A stretch of DNA of 64,000 nucleotides from Squalus acanthias (Eukaryota). The notes under the pieces were generated by a model. That model saw only the letters and a program-made list of their open reading frames with translations, did not search any database and had not been told where the DNA came from. Shown in pieces: positions 1-10,820 of this stretch. Each line of letters begins with the position of its first letter. Position 1 is the stretch's first letter. Location: contig CM059452.1 in NCBI GenBank assembly GCA_030390025.1, positions 7,688,001-7,752,000 on the forward strand. Reading direction: 5' to 3'. The position numbers were made by a program, and so were the translations under genes.

Positions 1-1977
1 ACCCACTGTACCTCCCACTTCCCCACCAGAGAGAGGGGAAAGGGCAATTGTTAACCCACTGTACCTCCCACTCCCCCACCAGAGAGAGGGGAGAGGGCAA
101 TTGTTAACCCACTGTACCCCCACTCCCCCACCAGAGAGAGGGGAAAGGACAATTGTTAACCCACTGTACCTCCCACTCCCCCACCAGAGAGAGGGGAAAG
201 GGCAATTGTTAACCCACTGTACCTCCCACTCCCCCACCAGAGAGAGGGGAAAGGGCAATTGTTAACCCATTGTACCCCCCACTCCCCCACCAGAGAGAGG
301 GGAAAGGGCAATTGTTAACCCACTGTACCCCCCACTCCCCCACCAGAGAGAGGGGAAAGGACAATTGTTAACCCACTGTACCTCACACTCCCCCACCAGA
401 GAGAGGGGAAAGGACAATTGTTAACCCACTGTACCTCCCACTCCCCCACCAGAGAGAGGGGAAAGGGCAATTGTTAACCCACTGTACCCCCCACTCCCCC
501 ACCAGAGAGAGGGGAAAGGGCAATTGTTAACACACTGTACCCCCCACTCCCCCACCAGAGAGAGGGGAAAGGGCAATTGTTAACACACTGTACCCCCCAC
601 TCCCCCACCAGAGAGAGGGGAAAGGGCAATTGTTAACCCACTGTACCTTCCACTCCCCCACCAGAGAGAGGGGAAAGGGCAATTGTTAACCCACTGTACC
701 CCCACTCCCCCACCAGAGAGAGGGGAAAGGGCATTTTTTAACCCACTGTACTCCCACTCTCCACCAGAGAGAGGGGAAAGGGCAATTGTTAACCCACTGT
801 ACCTCCACCCCCCACCAGAGAGAGGGGAAAAGGGCAATTGTTAAACCACTGTACCCCCACTCCCCCACCAGAGAGAGGGGAAAGGGCAATTGTTAACCCA
901 CTGTACCCCCACTCCCCCACCAGAGAGAGGGGAAAGGGCAATTGTTAACCCACTGTACCCCCACTCCCCCACCAGAGAGAGGGGAAAGGGCAATTGTTAA
1001 CCCACTGTACCCCCACTCCCCCACCAGAGAGAGGGGAATGGGCAATTGTCAACCCACTGTACCCCCACTGACCCACCAGAGAGAGGGGAAAGGGCAATTG
1101 TTAACCAACTGTACCTCCCACTCCCCCACCAGAGAGAGGGGAAAGGGCAATTGTTAACCCACTGTACCTCCCACTCCCCCACCAGAGAGAGGGGAAAGGG
1201 CAATTGTTAACCCACTGTACCCCCCACTCCCCCACCAGAGAGAGGGGAAAGGGCAATTGTTAACCCACTGTACCTTCCACTCCCCCACCAGAGAGAGGGG
1301 AAAGGGCAATTGTTAACCCACTGTACCCCCACTCCCCCACCAGAGAGAGGGGAAAGGGAATTTGTTAACCCACTGTACCCCCACTCTCCACCAGAGAGAG
1401 GGGAAAGGGCAATTGTTAACCCACTGTACCTCCACCCCCCACCAGAGAGAGGGGAAAAGGGCAATTGTTAAACCACTGTACCCCCACTCCCCCACCAGAG
1501 AGAGGGGAACGGGCAATTGTTAACCCACTGTACCTCACACTCCCCCACCAGAGAGAGGGTAAAGGGTAATTGTTAACCCACTGTACCTCCCACTCCCCCA
1601 CCAGAGAGAGGGGAAAGGGCAATTGTTAACCCACAGTACCTCCACCCCCCGCCAGAGAGAGGGGAAAGGGTTATTGTTAACCCACTGTACCTCCACCCCC
1701 CACCAGAGAGAGGGGAATGGGCAATTGTTAACCCTGTACTCCTACTCCCCCACCAGAGAGAGGGGAAAAGGGCAATTGTTAACCCACTGTATCCCCACAC
1801 CCCCACCAGAGAGAGGGGAAAGGGCAATTGTTAACCCACTGTACCTCCCACTCCCCCACCAGAGAGAGGGGAAAGGGCAATTGTTAACCCACTCTGCCCC
1901 CACTCCCCCACCAGAGAGAGGGGAAAGGGCAATTGTTAACCCACTGTACCTCCCACTCCCCCACCAGAGAGAGGGGA
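1..1977. repeat. 53-bp minisatellite (~37 copies; continues off the window start)
   Basis: Unit ACCCACTGTACCTCCCACTCCCCCACCAGAGAGAGGGGAAAGGGCAATTGTTA repeated with small variants; explains the repetitive ORFs at 580-1987. Confidence 0.97.
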
Positions 1978-2309
1978 GGTGAACCAATCTCTATTATATG
2001 AACTTAGTTGACATCAGTAAAAAGTCAGCTTTAACTCACAGTCTAAAAACGTTAAAGTTGCCGGATGAGAATCATATTGTAAAATAAATATTTGTTTAAC
2101 AACTTATCTTCAACTAGTGTTTGGGGTAAATCTGTCCCTGTTATTCATAAACTAACAGATTGAATTTTAATAGTCCAAATTTGAACTGGTGATTGAATCC
2201 TCTGCGGGTTTCTCACGGTTCTGTCCCTGATGGTTTGAGGCCCATCGGTTGACGTCACATTGCGTCTCACACAGAACACATTTACACAGAGCGGGGAAGA
2301 ATGCGTGTA

Positions 2310-3010
2310 AAGTGAGTGTGTGTGTGTTTATGTGTCAGTGCACACTTACACATAAACACACACAGACTTACACATAAACACACGCATTAACACATTGACA
2401 TAGAATATTACACATACCCAGAATATAATACACACCGTCATTGTCAGACCCAGTTATTGGTAATCTCTGAAACTTTGAACAGTACCGGAAATACACACGT
2501 GCACACCCTTAAACAAAGCACACACAAACACATGCATTAACACACACACACTTACACACCCATAAACTCACACATGAACACAAACACACACATACAAACA
2601 CACACTTACATACAAACACACACAATTACACAGAAACACTCACACGCTTACACCTGAACATACACAAACACTTACACATAACCATAAACATAAACATAAA
2701 CACACACATGGACGCACATACACAAAAAACAAACACACAATTAAACATAAACACACTTACAAATAAACTTACACACAAAAACAAACACACAATTACAAAT
2801 AAACACACACTTCTACAAAGACTTACACATAAACATACACAAACTGACAAAAATGCACGCACACTTACACATAATCACACACTTACACATAAATACACAT
2901 ATATAGAATTACACACACACACACACTTACACAGCAACACACACATTAACACACAAACACAGACTAAAACAAAACAAGAGATTGTCATACACACAAACGC
3001 AAACACGAAT
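2310..3010. repeat. CA-rich low-complexity/degenerate microsatellite
   Basis: Imperfect (CA)n/ACACAC runs. Confidence 0.85.
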
Positions 3011-3651
3011 GCGCGAAAAAACCTCAGGCTATAGAGGAATGTAGAATTAAAATGCACTTTTTGAACGAACACAGTTTCCAACGATTGTTCTGAATGAATA
3101 ATTCTTGATACTATAACATCTCACATTTCTCTATTCTGGTCCTACACATACACTGAATCACTGTTCTTGTTGGAAACTGATACAAGTTAATTATATTCAG
3201 AGCATTGCCGTAACAAATAAATAAACAAGATTATAACTCACATCTGATCTCTTACCTAGCCCCCTTGACAGTCTCCAAATAAGTATCTATCTAACCCTAT
3301 CGTTAAAATAATCGATATCAATCAGTAAACCTCCCTCGATATTTCATCCTATTATTCCCGAATGATAGATTGTACGAAATTGATGCAAAATCAATTAGCG
3401 TGAGACATTGAAGAAAAAACTGTCGTTTTTTTCCAACACGGACAAAAGGAGGATCATAAAGAAAGAGCGACTGTGGAGTTAGGAACAGAGATAGATTGCT
3501 GAGAGTGATTAACTTAACACAAGATATACATTGAAAATTAAATTAGAGAACAAACTAATACCTTAAGGAAAAGAAAAGAATATATAATAGTAATATGATA
3601 TCTTAGATTAATAAAGGATCTGAATATATTTCCTCCTCTACATCCCCGTAG

Positions 3652-3779
3652 ATTCCTCAGACCACATCTTGATTGAAGACTATGAGGAAGAGAGCGGCAA
3701 CATCTGGACAACCGCTTCCACATTCATCATCCTGTTCTTCCTGAGCATGTCCTACAGCGCTGTCGTCACTCTAGTGAAG
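3652..3779 (+). CDS. Immunoglobulin heavy-chain transmembrane exon TM1 (IgM-like; IgW/IgNAR not excluded)
   Basis: Acceptor tttcctcctctacatccccgtag, phase-1 start, translates (D)SSDHILIEDYEEESGNIWTTASTFIILFFLSMSYSAVVTLVK, donor AAG|gtgaga. Acidic spacer + NIWTTASTFIILF..S..YS...TL.K is the conserved IgH membrane (CART) motif. Confidence 0.93.
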
Positions 3780-4246
3780 GTGAGAAGATTCAATCCACTC
3801 ACACTTCGATCTCACTGAAGCGGTTTGACAAATCTCTAAAAGTTTCATTGATTAAAACCCTGAGATAAATGCCCCAAACCACTAAATCTCTGCTTCATTC
3901 TTTTATCCCTCTGAACGGTTGAATTTCGGACGCCGTGGATTTTCCTCATCTGTTTATTAACATCTCTGTGTCCTGAAAATAAAATATGTCCTCTGGGGAA
4001 TTCTCAGAGTCAAATGCCTTCAGTTAATAGATCCGAATCTATAGCTGAGAAAATCATAACCGGGATTTCCGTCTCTCTGTTTGAAATGTGTGAGATAATC
4101 GTGGCTGTAATGGAAATGTTTCTTAGAGTTTCACCGTTGTTTGAATATTTCATGTGTAAATAAGTCACTTTTCTCATTCGTAATTGACAATTGTTCCCTT
4201 CCCTTTATGCTGAGCCCCTGTTTTCTCTCCCTGGTGTCTGTTACAG

Positions 4247-4376
4247 TTGTACAGATAACTGGCAGCTCAGACCGCCTGTGTTCAGGTCTCAATGTGACGC
4301 TCTGTTGTTATATTCACTTTGTGTTAACTTTTTAAAAACTTCTCTGTAAATTGTTCTCTGTAAAATTGTTAATAAA
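4247..4376 (+). other. Candidate terminal TM2 exon/3' UTR of the IgH membrane transcript
   Basis: Strong acceptor cccctgttttctctccctggtgtctgttacag (ends 4246), then TTG TAC AGA TAA (LYR*), AATAAA at 4371-4376. The tail differs from the usual VK*. Confidence 0.45.
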
Positions 4377-7300
4377 TCTGGAATGACAAATGGACTACTT
4401 GGACTTTGCTGAATTCCTTCCGCCAAGGCCCCTCCACACCGCTCCATTTTCCCAATCACACTTTGCTTTATTTCCCTGACAGTATTTTTCACCCGTCCTG
4501 TCTGGGTTGTGTTTGAACCCAAGTCCCTTCGGATAAGCAGCTACTGCGCCACCCAGTGTTCCATCAGAGTAACGACACCTTTACCCCTGCCTTTTCATGT
4601 CAAGACCCAGAGGCGGAATGACTGCACAACGACCAGGCTCACCTCGCAGTCTCTTCCAATATTATGCTCTGTCACAGTCACATGCCAGGTTCTATTAACA
4701 AGCAGTGCTGTATGCTCTGCTCCATCACAGCCTGATAGAGAACAACACATGGCAGAGTAAAACTCCCTTTGAACTGTCCCATCAAACACTCCCAGGGCAG
4801 GTACAGCACGGGTTAGATACAGCAAAGCTCCCTCTACACTGTCCCATCAAACATTCCCAAGGCAGGTACAACACGGGCTAGATATCTGACACAGACTCAC
4901 CAGGGAGCACAAACCCTGGGGATGATTCCCAGAACCTGGGGCTTATCTGACGCACCGCCTCTTTCCTCCTGTTCTGTTATACACACACGTTCTCCAGCTT
5001 TTAGACAGTATTTGAGGGAGAGGAGATGAGGGATCTCACGATGTCCATAGACACATTTGGAGACTTCTGCGCCCGGTGGGTACAATTAGATAAAGGTTGT
5101 GATACAATCCAATTCTAATGGAATATAAAGTTTTAGATTTGTTCAGGCCAGGTGTGCGAGTGGAGCCCTCCTCTCGGGTGGGCACCAGTGGGATGTATTT
5201 TTTGTTTTGGATTAGCCGCTTTAAAGGAGACCCGAGTTCAAATGGTTCACACAGGCCAAGGAGAAAGTAGGTCCTGCACTGGGGTAACCACTTCCAAGCC
5301 TTTTCCAATCTCAGCTACACCCATTAACACTGACCCTCTGTCTCCTGTTTTCCTGACAACATTTCTCCCTGCTCTGCTCCATTCCCTCTTATAACATCAC
5401 CCTGAACTCACTGAACATCACCAAGGATCAGCAGTAACCTTCAGACCTTTGCTCCCTGTTTCCTTGAACTTTCTCTCCACATCCTTCACCGTCTCATCAG
5501 ATTAGTTCGGTGACTCCGTGCCACCTGAACATCTCCAGAGGTTTCTGGCCAGGCCCGAGTATCTTCCAGCATTTTCCTTCTAATGTGGTTTTGTTTTTCC
5601 TAGAAACTCCAGCAATTCAGGCGTGAGGTCTCCTGTAGTTGAATATGACATCGGGTTAAGAGAGGGAAGAAGGGAGATTGGGAATGTATGGAGTTGGTGT
5701 TTAAACTCAGTCTCTACTACAATCTCTCACCACTCCCCCTATCCGGGGCCGCCATCTCCTCTTATATCACCCTCGTCTCTCTGCCCTGTTCCCAGGCTCT
5801 CACTGACTCCGGGCTCGGTGATTCTCATGGACTGCAGGGCCCGTTTAAGAGGCTCCGTGCTGCCTCACCCCCCCACCCCCCACCCACAATCCGGGTCAGA
5901 GGACTGAGTCACGGGTCACAGGGGCAGCAAACTGGGGCTATTTAGCTCTGAGCGGAAGCTGGAGACGGCCGGTGATCTCCTGACCCTGAATCAATGGGGG
6001 AAACAGCCAATAAAGTTGCTGTGACGTGCTGATGGATTGTGGCGTCATCAACTGCAGGGCAATGTTGGTGTGACGATCGTGGACCATGTTTGTGTGACAT
6101 ACAATCGGCCATGTTGATGTGACCATCATGGACCATGTTGGTTTGACGAGCAGTCGGCCGTGTTGGTGTGACGTCCAGTCGACCATATTGGTGTGACGTT
6201 GAAACGCTGCGCATGTCTGCTGTTTATTTAAGTAAAACGGCTCGATTGAAAATAAAATGTATTTCATTTTCCATCAAAATAACCGTTTGATCTTAATCGA
6301 TAAAATTGAAAGTTTGGCGCGCGAGAGAACAAAAACGTTGCCATTAAAGCGGTTGGTGAGCTGCGCATGTGTGGACAGTTCTCCCAGAGTGCAGCACGGC
6401 CTGTGTCACAATGGGCCTGTTCACTGCCGCTATGAATTGTGGGAGCCGTAGCCCTCCATGGCCGAGTCATTAACTCACTGAATCCAAACCCATCCTCCTT
6501 CAGCCGAGAGCTGGCCGGGTTGTTGGTCCGGACAGACTGCGGGTGCTGTGCTGAGCGGAGAGAATCTCTGAGCAGATTGGACACCGAATCCGTGAAATCC
6601 CAGGAGGTGGAGACCACTCATCAGCCCAATCGGTGTAAGACGGATTGAACCAAAGAAAAGGAAAGAAGAAACTCTACTGGTCCTTGTGGAAACAGGCGGA
6701 CAATAAATATAACCCCTAGTGTGAAATATGACTCGGCAAAAGATTCATTTATATGGTGAAAAAAACAATTCTTTCCATTGAATGAGGGGAAAATGTGGAA
6801 TATCTGCAGGAATTATTTTAACAGGGTAATTGGATAGGGGGCTAGAAAGAGATAACTATTAAATTGTGTGAAGAGCGGGAAGGAAAGTGCAGACTTGATG
6901 GGCTTATCACTTGTTTCTGTGCGTTAAAATTCTAAGATGAATTGAGAATACATCCGTGCAGAATATTTGTACACCTTCTCTCCCTGTGCTCTGTATCACT
7001 GTGTGTCTGTAATCCCCACCATGTTCAAGTATTTGTAGCAGGGGAACGAAGCGGTGGGGGGGAGGGGGGGCGCGGGGGAGAGGGAATCAAAGGGGTAGTC
7101 TTGGGGAGCGCTCGAATTTGGTTCTAATTACCGATGGCGCAACGAGTGGGCGGGATTTACGGGCCAGGGGTGGCGATGGACCCGAACACTTGCAGAGGAT
7201 AATGATATTGGGAGGCGAAAATTTTGACTGCCATCCTTGGTTGAATGCTGGACATCCGTGCGTTTACCCCAAATACTGTCCCTCTGTAACTAGGGCTCGA

Positions 7301-7619
7301 AAGAACAAGAGAATAATGAATCAAAGCGGACCTTCGGCGGTGCTGTTTTTCCAACCTTACTATCTCATGCAGCCATAATTGGCACCTAACAGGAGTTTGT
7401 AATCCCAGTCAGATCGCAATGTCAGAGAAGAGAGGGGATCGAAGCGGGGAGAAGAGAGGGGATCTGGGGAGAGGAGAGAGGGGATCGGGGGGAGAGGAGA
7501 GAGGGGATCGAGGGGAGAGGAGCGCGGAGAGGGAGGGGCTCGGAGGGGGGAGAAGGTCAGAAACTCGGGGAGAAAAGGTCTGGAACTTGCATAACATTAT
7601 ATTTATGTGTTATATGCCG

Positions 7620-7910
7620 GACTCAATTATTCCAATGTTCTCCTGGGCAGTCTCCCATATTCCACCCGCAATGAACTTGAACTCATCCAAAACTCTGCTG
7701 CTTGTATCCTAACACGGAGCAAGTCCCATTCACCCAGCGCCCCTGTGCGGCCACGCAGCTGTCTGGAGGTCCGGCACAGCCCGTTAAAGGGACCGCATAC
7801 ACCCCCCACCCCCCTCAAAAATAATTAGGTGGAATATTGTCCACCAACACTTTGATTTTAAAATTCTCATCCTCATGTTGAAATCCCTGCATGGCCTCAC
7901 TCCTTCCTAT
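7620..7910 (+). mobile_element. L2-type LINE 3' fragment (interrupted)
   Basis: Reads LNYSNVLLGSLP...LELIQNSAACILTR; same family at 17640-17980 and 44920-45250. Confidence 0.65.
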
Positions 7911-8669
7911 CTAAGTCGGCAGTGTGAGTTCTCCTAACCCGGGAGGGTGAGTCCTGTCTGTTCTCTGAAACCAGTAATGTTGGCCCTGTGAGCTCTGTAG
8001 CCTGGCTGTCAATGAATGGATCAAATTATACATTGCAAAGATCTTGATTACTCAGGCAGGCGGGATCTAATTACACATTCCAGACAAACTGCTGGGCGTG
8101 TCTTGTCCTCCAAAGGGCCCAATCAGAAATCTGGTCTTGTCCTCCAAGGGGACCAATCAGAACATTGGTGTTACAAATAGTTACAGCCTAATTTTAATCA
8201 CCTCCATCAGGTCTCCTCGTTTTCTTCTCTTTTCCAAACAAAAGACCCCCGCCTGTTCTATCTTTCCAGAAATGTGTGGATTGCTGCTGCTGTCTTTTCT
8301 CAGGAGTGCAAGAAATCCAAAGCTGAGAAAAGGGCCGGTGTCCAATCGCAGCCGTCCCTCCAGTAAATCTCACTGCCCCGGTGTCGGATTGTGCTTTGAA
8401 CGGCCCAGAGACCGGTGTCTCCACACCCCCGCCCGGCCGGTGAAGTCCGATATTTCTCTCCCTTTCGGTGAATGATTTCTTGCTGGTTCTAAATGGGCTT
8501 CCCTCCAGTCTGTACTTGTTCCCTCGGGTGTTCCTGCTCTCCTTTATAGGAACATTAGAACCTCGCCCTCACTCGCTCACTGCCCAGTGTTGTTTCAGTT
8601 AACAGTAACCAGGGATACAGATAAATTACTGCAATCCGATCTCTCAAACATGAACATTAAATATTACAC

Positions 8670-8940
8670 AGCATCACACAGAATGTAGAGCACAGAAACA
8701 GGCCATTGGGCCCAATCGGTCCATGCCGGTGTTACTGCTCCACACGAGCCTCCTCCCACCCCTACTCCATCTCACCCCATCAACAGATCCTTCTATTCCT
8801 TTCTCCTCACCTACTTATCTAGATTCCCCTTCAATGTATCGATGTTATTCGGCTCAACTGCTCCTTGTGGCAGCGAGTTCCACATTCTGACCACTCTCTG
8901 GGGAAAGAAGATCCTCCTGAATTCACTATTGGATTGATTA
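8670..8940 (-). mobile_element. CR1-type LINE 3' fragment
   Basis: 3' UTR-like and RT C-terminal remnants resembling the CR1 copies elsewhere in the window. Confidence 0.6.
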
Positions 8941-9179
8941 GGAAATATCGAACAATATAAATAATATAGAAAAGTATCTGTAGTTCGAAGCTTTTACATT
9001 TCGACTTAAACGAGAGACATGGAGGCAAAATGATTGTTTATAGAAAAGCAATTGGAATAAATGTCAGATACTATACAAATAATTTCAGTCACTGAGTGTC
9101 CAATAATTAAATGCCATCTAGACCTACAGGCGGATCTCTTGTATCTGGAGCCCCGCCGTGTTGTGCTCCAGTATTTCTG

Positions 9180-9480
9180 CCGCTGTAGGTATCGGACGGG
9201 CCGCTGCAGGTATCGGACTGGGCCGCTGCAGGTATCGGACGGGCCGCTGCCGGTATCGGACGGGCCGCTGCAGGTATCGGACGGGCCGCTGCAGGTATCG
9301 GACGGGCCGCTGCAGGTATCGGACGGGCCGCTGCAGGTATCGGACGGGCCGCTGCAGGTATCGGACGGGCCGCTGCAGGTATCGGACGGGCCGCTGCAGG
9401 TATCGGACGGGCCGCTGCAGGTATCGGACGGGCCGCTGCAGGTATCGGACGGGCCGCTGCGGGTATCGGACGGGCCGCTG
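9180..9480. repeat. 21-bp CpG-rich minisatellite (~14 near-identical copies)
   Basis: Unit GGGCCGCTGCAGGTATCGGAC; ~500 bp 3' of the NAR-type J. Confidence 0.97.
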
Positions 9481-9976
9481 TATTGGGTTCACTCTCCCGG
9501 TACCTCATTCACACTGCCTGGCTCGGACTGCAATCTCCTGCCCAGGACGGAGCTCTGTGACCCCCTGCCCTGCTCACAGGGACAGGCAGAGCTCCCTCAG
9601 TCACAGTTAACACCGAGAGCGGAGGCGGAGTGTCGACAATCTGCGCTCATTTAAACGAACTGGGGATCAGAGTGATAGTCCTGTATATTCATGGGACCCC
9701 CGAGGTCCCCGTTAAACCAATGATGTCCATGGGGTCAAACCGCCCAGACTGCCTGCTCCGTGGGGGTCTCAAACCTCCTCTCTCCGGACTCACACCCGGA
9801 CCCGATCCCGGTTCATATTCTGCTCCCCAATCTAAAACTGCAATGAACCCCCCACCCTTAGAAAACCGCTCAGTTTTACTTTGAAGGGGATTGAGGTGAT
9901 ACTGATCACAAGTATAAACTGACGATAAACATTAACTGGGACAGTCTGTAACACGGCGGGGTTTGGAGTCACTTAC

Positions 9977-10034
9977 CGGCTGTGACAGTCACCACCGTCC
10001 CGGATCCATCCACATATTCAGTCCGTTCACCCAC
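9977..10034 (-). CDS. NAR-type J segment
   Basis: Translates VGERTEYVDGSGTVVTVTA + phase-1 G, donor gtaagt (9971-9976). DGSGTVVTV resembles the IgNAR J motif rather than FGxG/WGxG. 5' RSS: heptamer 10035-10041, 23-bp spacer, nonamer ACAAGAACC 10065-10073. Confidence 0.93.
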
Positions 10035-10417
10035 CACAGTGACACCGCTCTCAGTCACCCCGGTACAAGAACCACCGACACCTCAATCTGCCGGACACAC
10101 ATCACCAGACAGTCGGCGCTGCCCAATTATTCCAGGGATCAATAAACAATATTCCGTGTTCCACAGTCCCCGTCGGTTCAAACTGTTCTTTGTGAGACTC
10201 TGAGCTCTCAGTAAAATGGCCCAGGAACACGGGCCGGAGATGGGCGCTTCATAGAAACAGAGAAAATAGCAAAGAAAGATAACTGAAAGCAGGAAATTAC
10301 AATGAAATTAAACCAAATTACAGCGATAATAAGATCAAACCTACAATTCAGGTTCCGGGCCCGGGGAATTTATATTTTAATTGTACACAGGTATTTGCTC
10401 AGGTCTCATCCACTGTG

Positions 10418-10432
10418 AGGTTCCCCAATTAA
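10418..10432 (-). CDS. D segment (15 nt, TTAATTGGGGAACCT) flanked by 12/12 RSS
   Basis: Consensus heptamers at 10411-10417 and 10433-10439, each with a 12-bp spacer and a nonamer-like sequence (GCAAATACC 10390-10398; ATCAAATCC 10452-10460). Confidence 0.9.
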
Positions 10433-10820
10433 CACAGTGTTTCAAGTCAGCATCAAATCCCCCGGGACTCGGTGAGATGGGGGACATTAGTTACACGGCG
10501 GGGACCGCGGTTCCCGGTTCCAGCTGTTAGAACAGGATCCCATCTGGTGTTCGGGACTTGTAACTGGGATCAGTCATTCCCAATCGCCATTCATTGACAC
10601 CAATCCCGGGAAAGACGTCACCGCCCGCACACACTCAGCATTTACAAAACTCAAGGTGTTAACTGCAATAATCCAATCTGATTATAAACTAGACTGTGGG
10701 GCAGACGGTGCGAGGCGGAACTGTGGGTTTAACGGCAGATTAACTCCGCTCTTTCATTGTTTCTGTGAGAATCTGCAGCGAGAGTTTTTGTATCGTGGGA
10801 AGCCGAGGCCCATCACTGTG

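Noticed and set aside
580-1987. Many short ORFs in the first 2 kb
   Set aside because: Translations of the 53-bp minisatellite.
6997-7003. CACTGTG as a possible RSS of the missing supporting V
   Set aside because: Nearest nonamer-like sequence is ~26 bp away and the adjacent sequence does not encode a V end.
9180-9480. CRISPR-like appearance of tandem repeats (also 31925-32540)
   Set aside because: No unique spacers, and vertebrate context.
9061-9654. Overlapping 120-197 aa repetitive ORFs, including YFC and MRYRE motifs suggestive of a V
   Set aside because: Products of a stop-free 21-bp repeat; no V framework or RSS.
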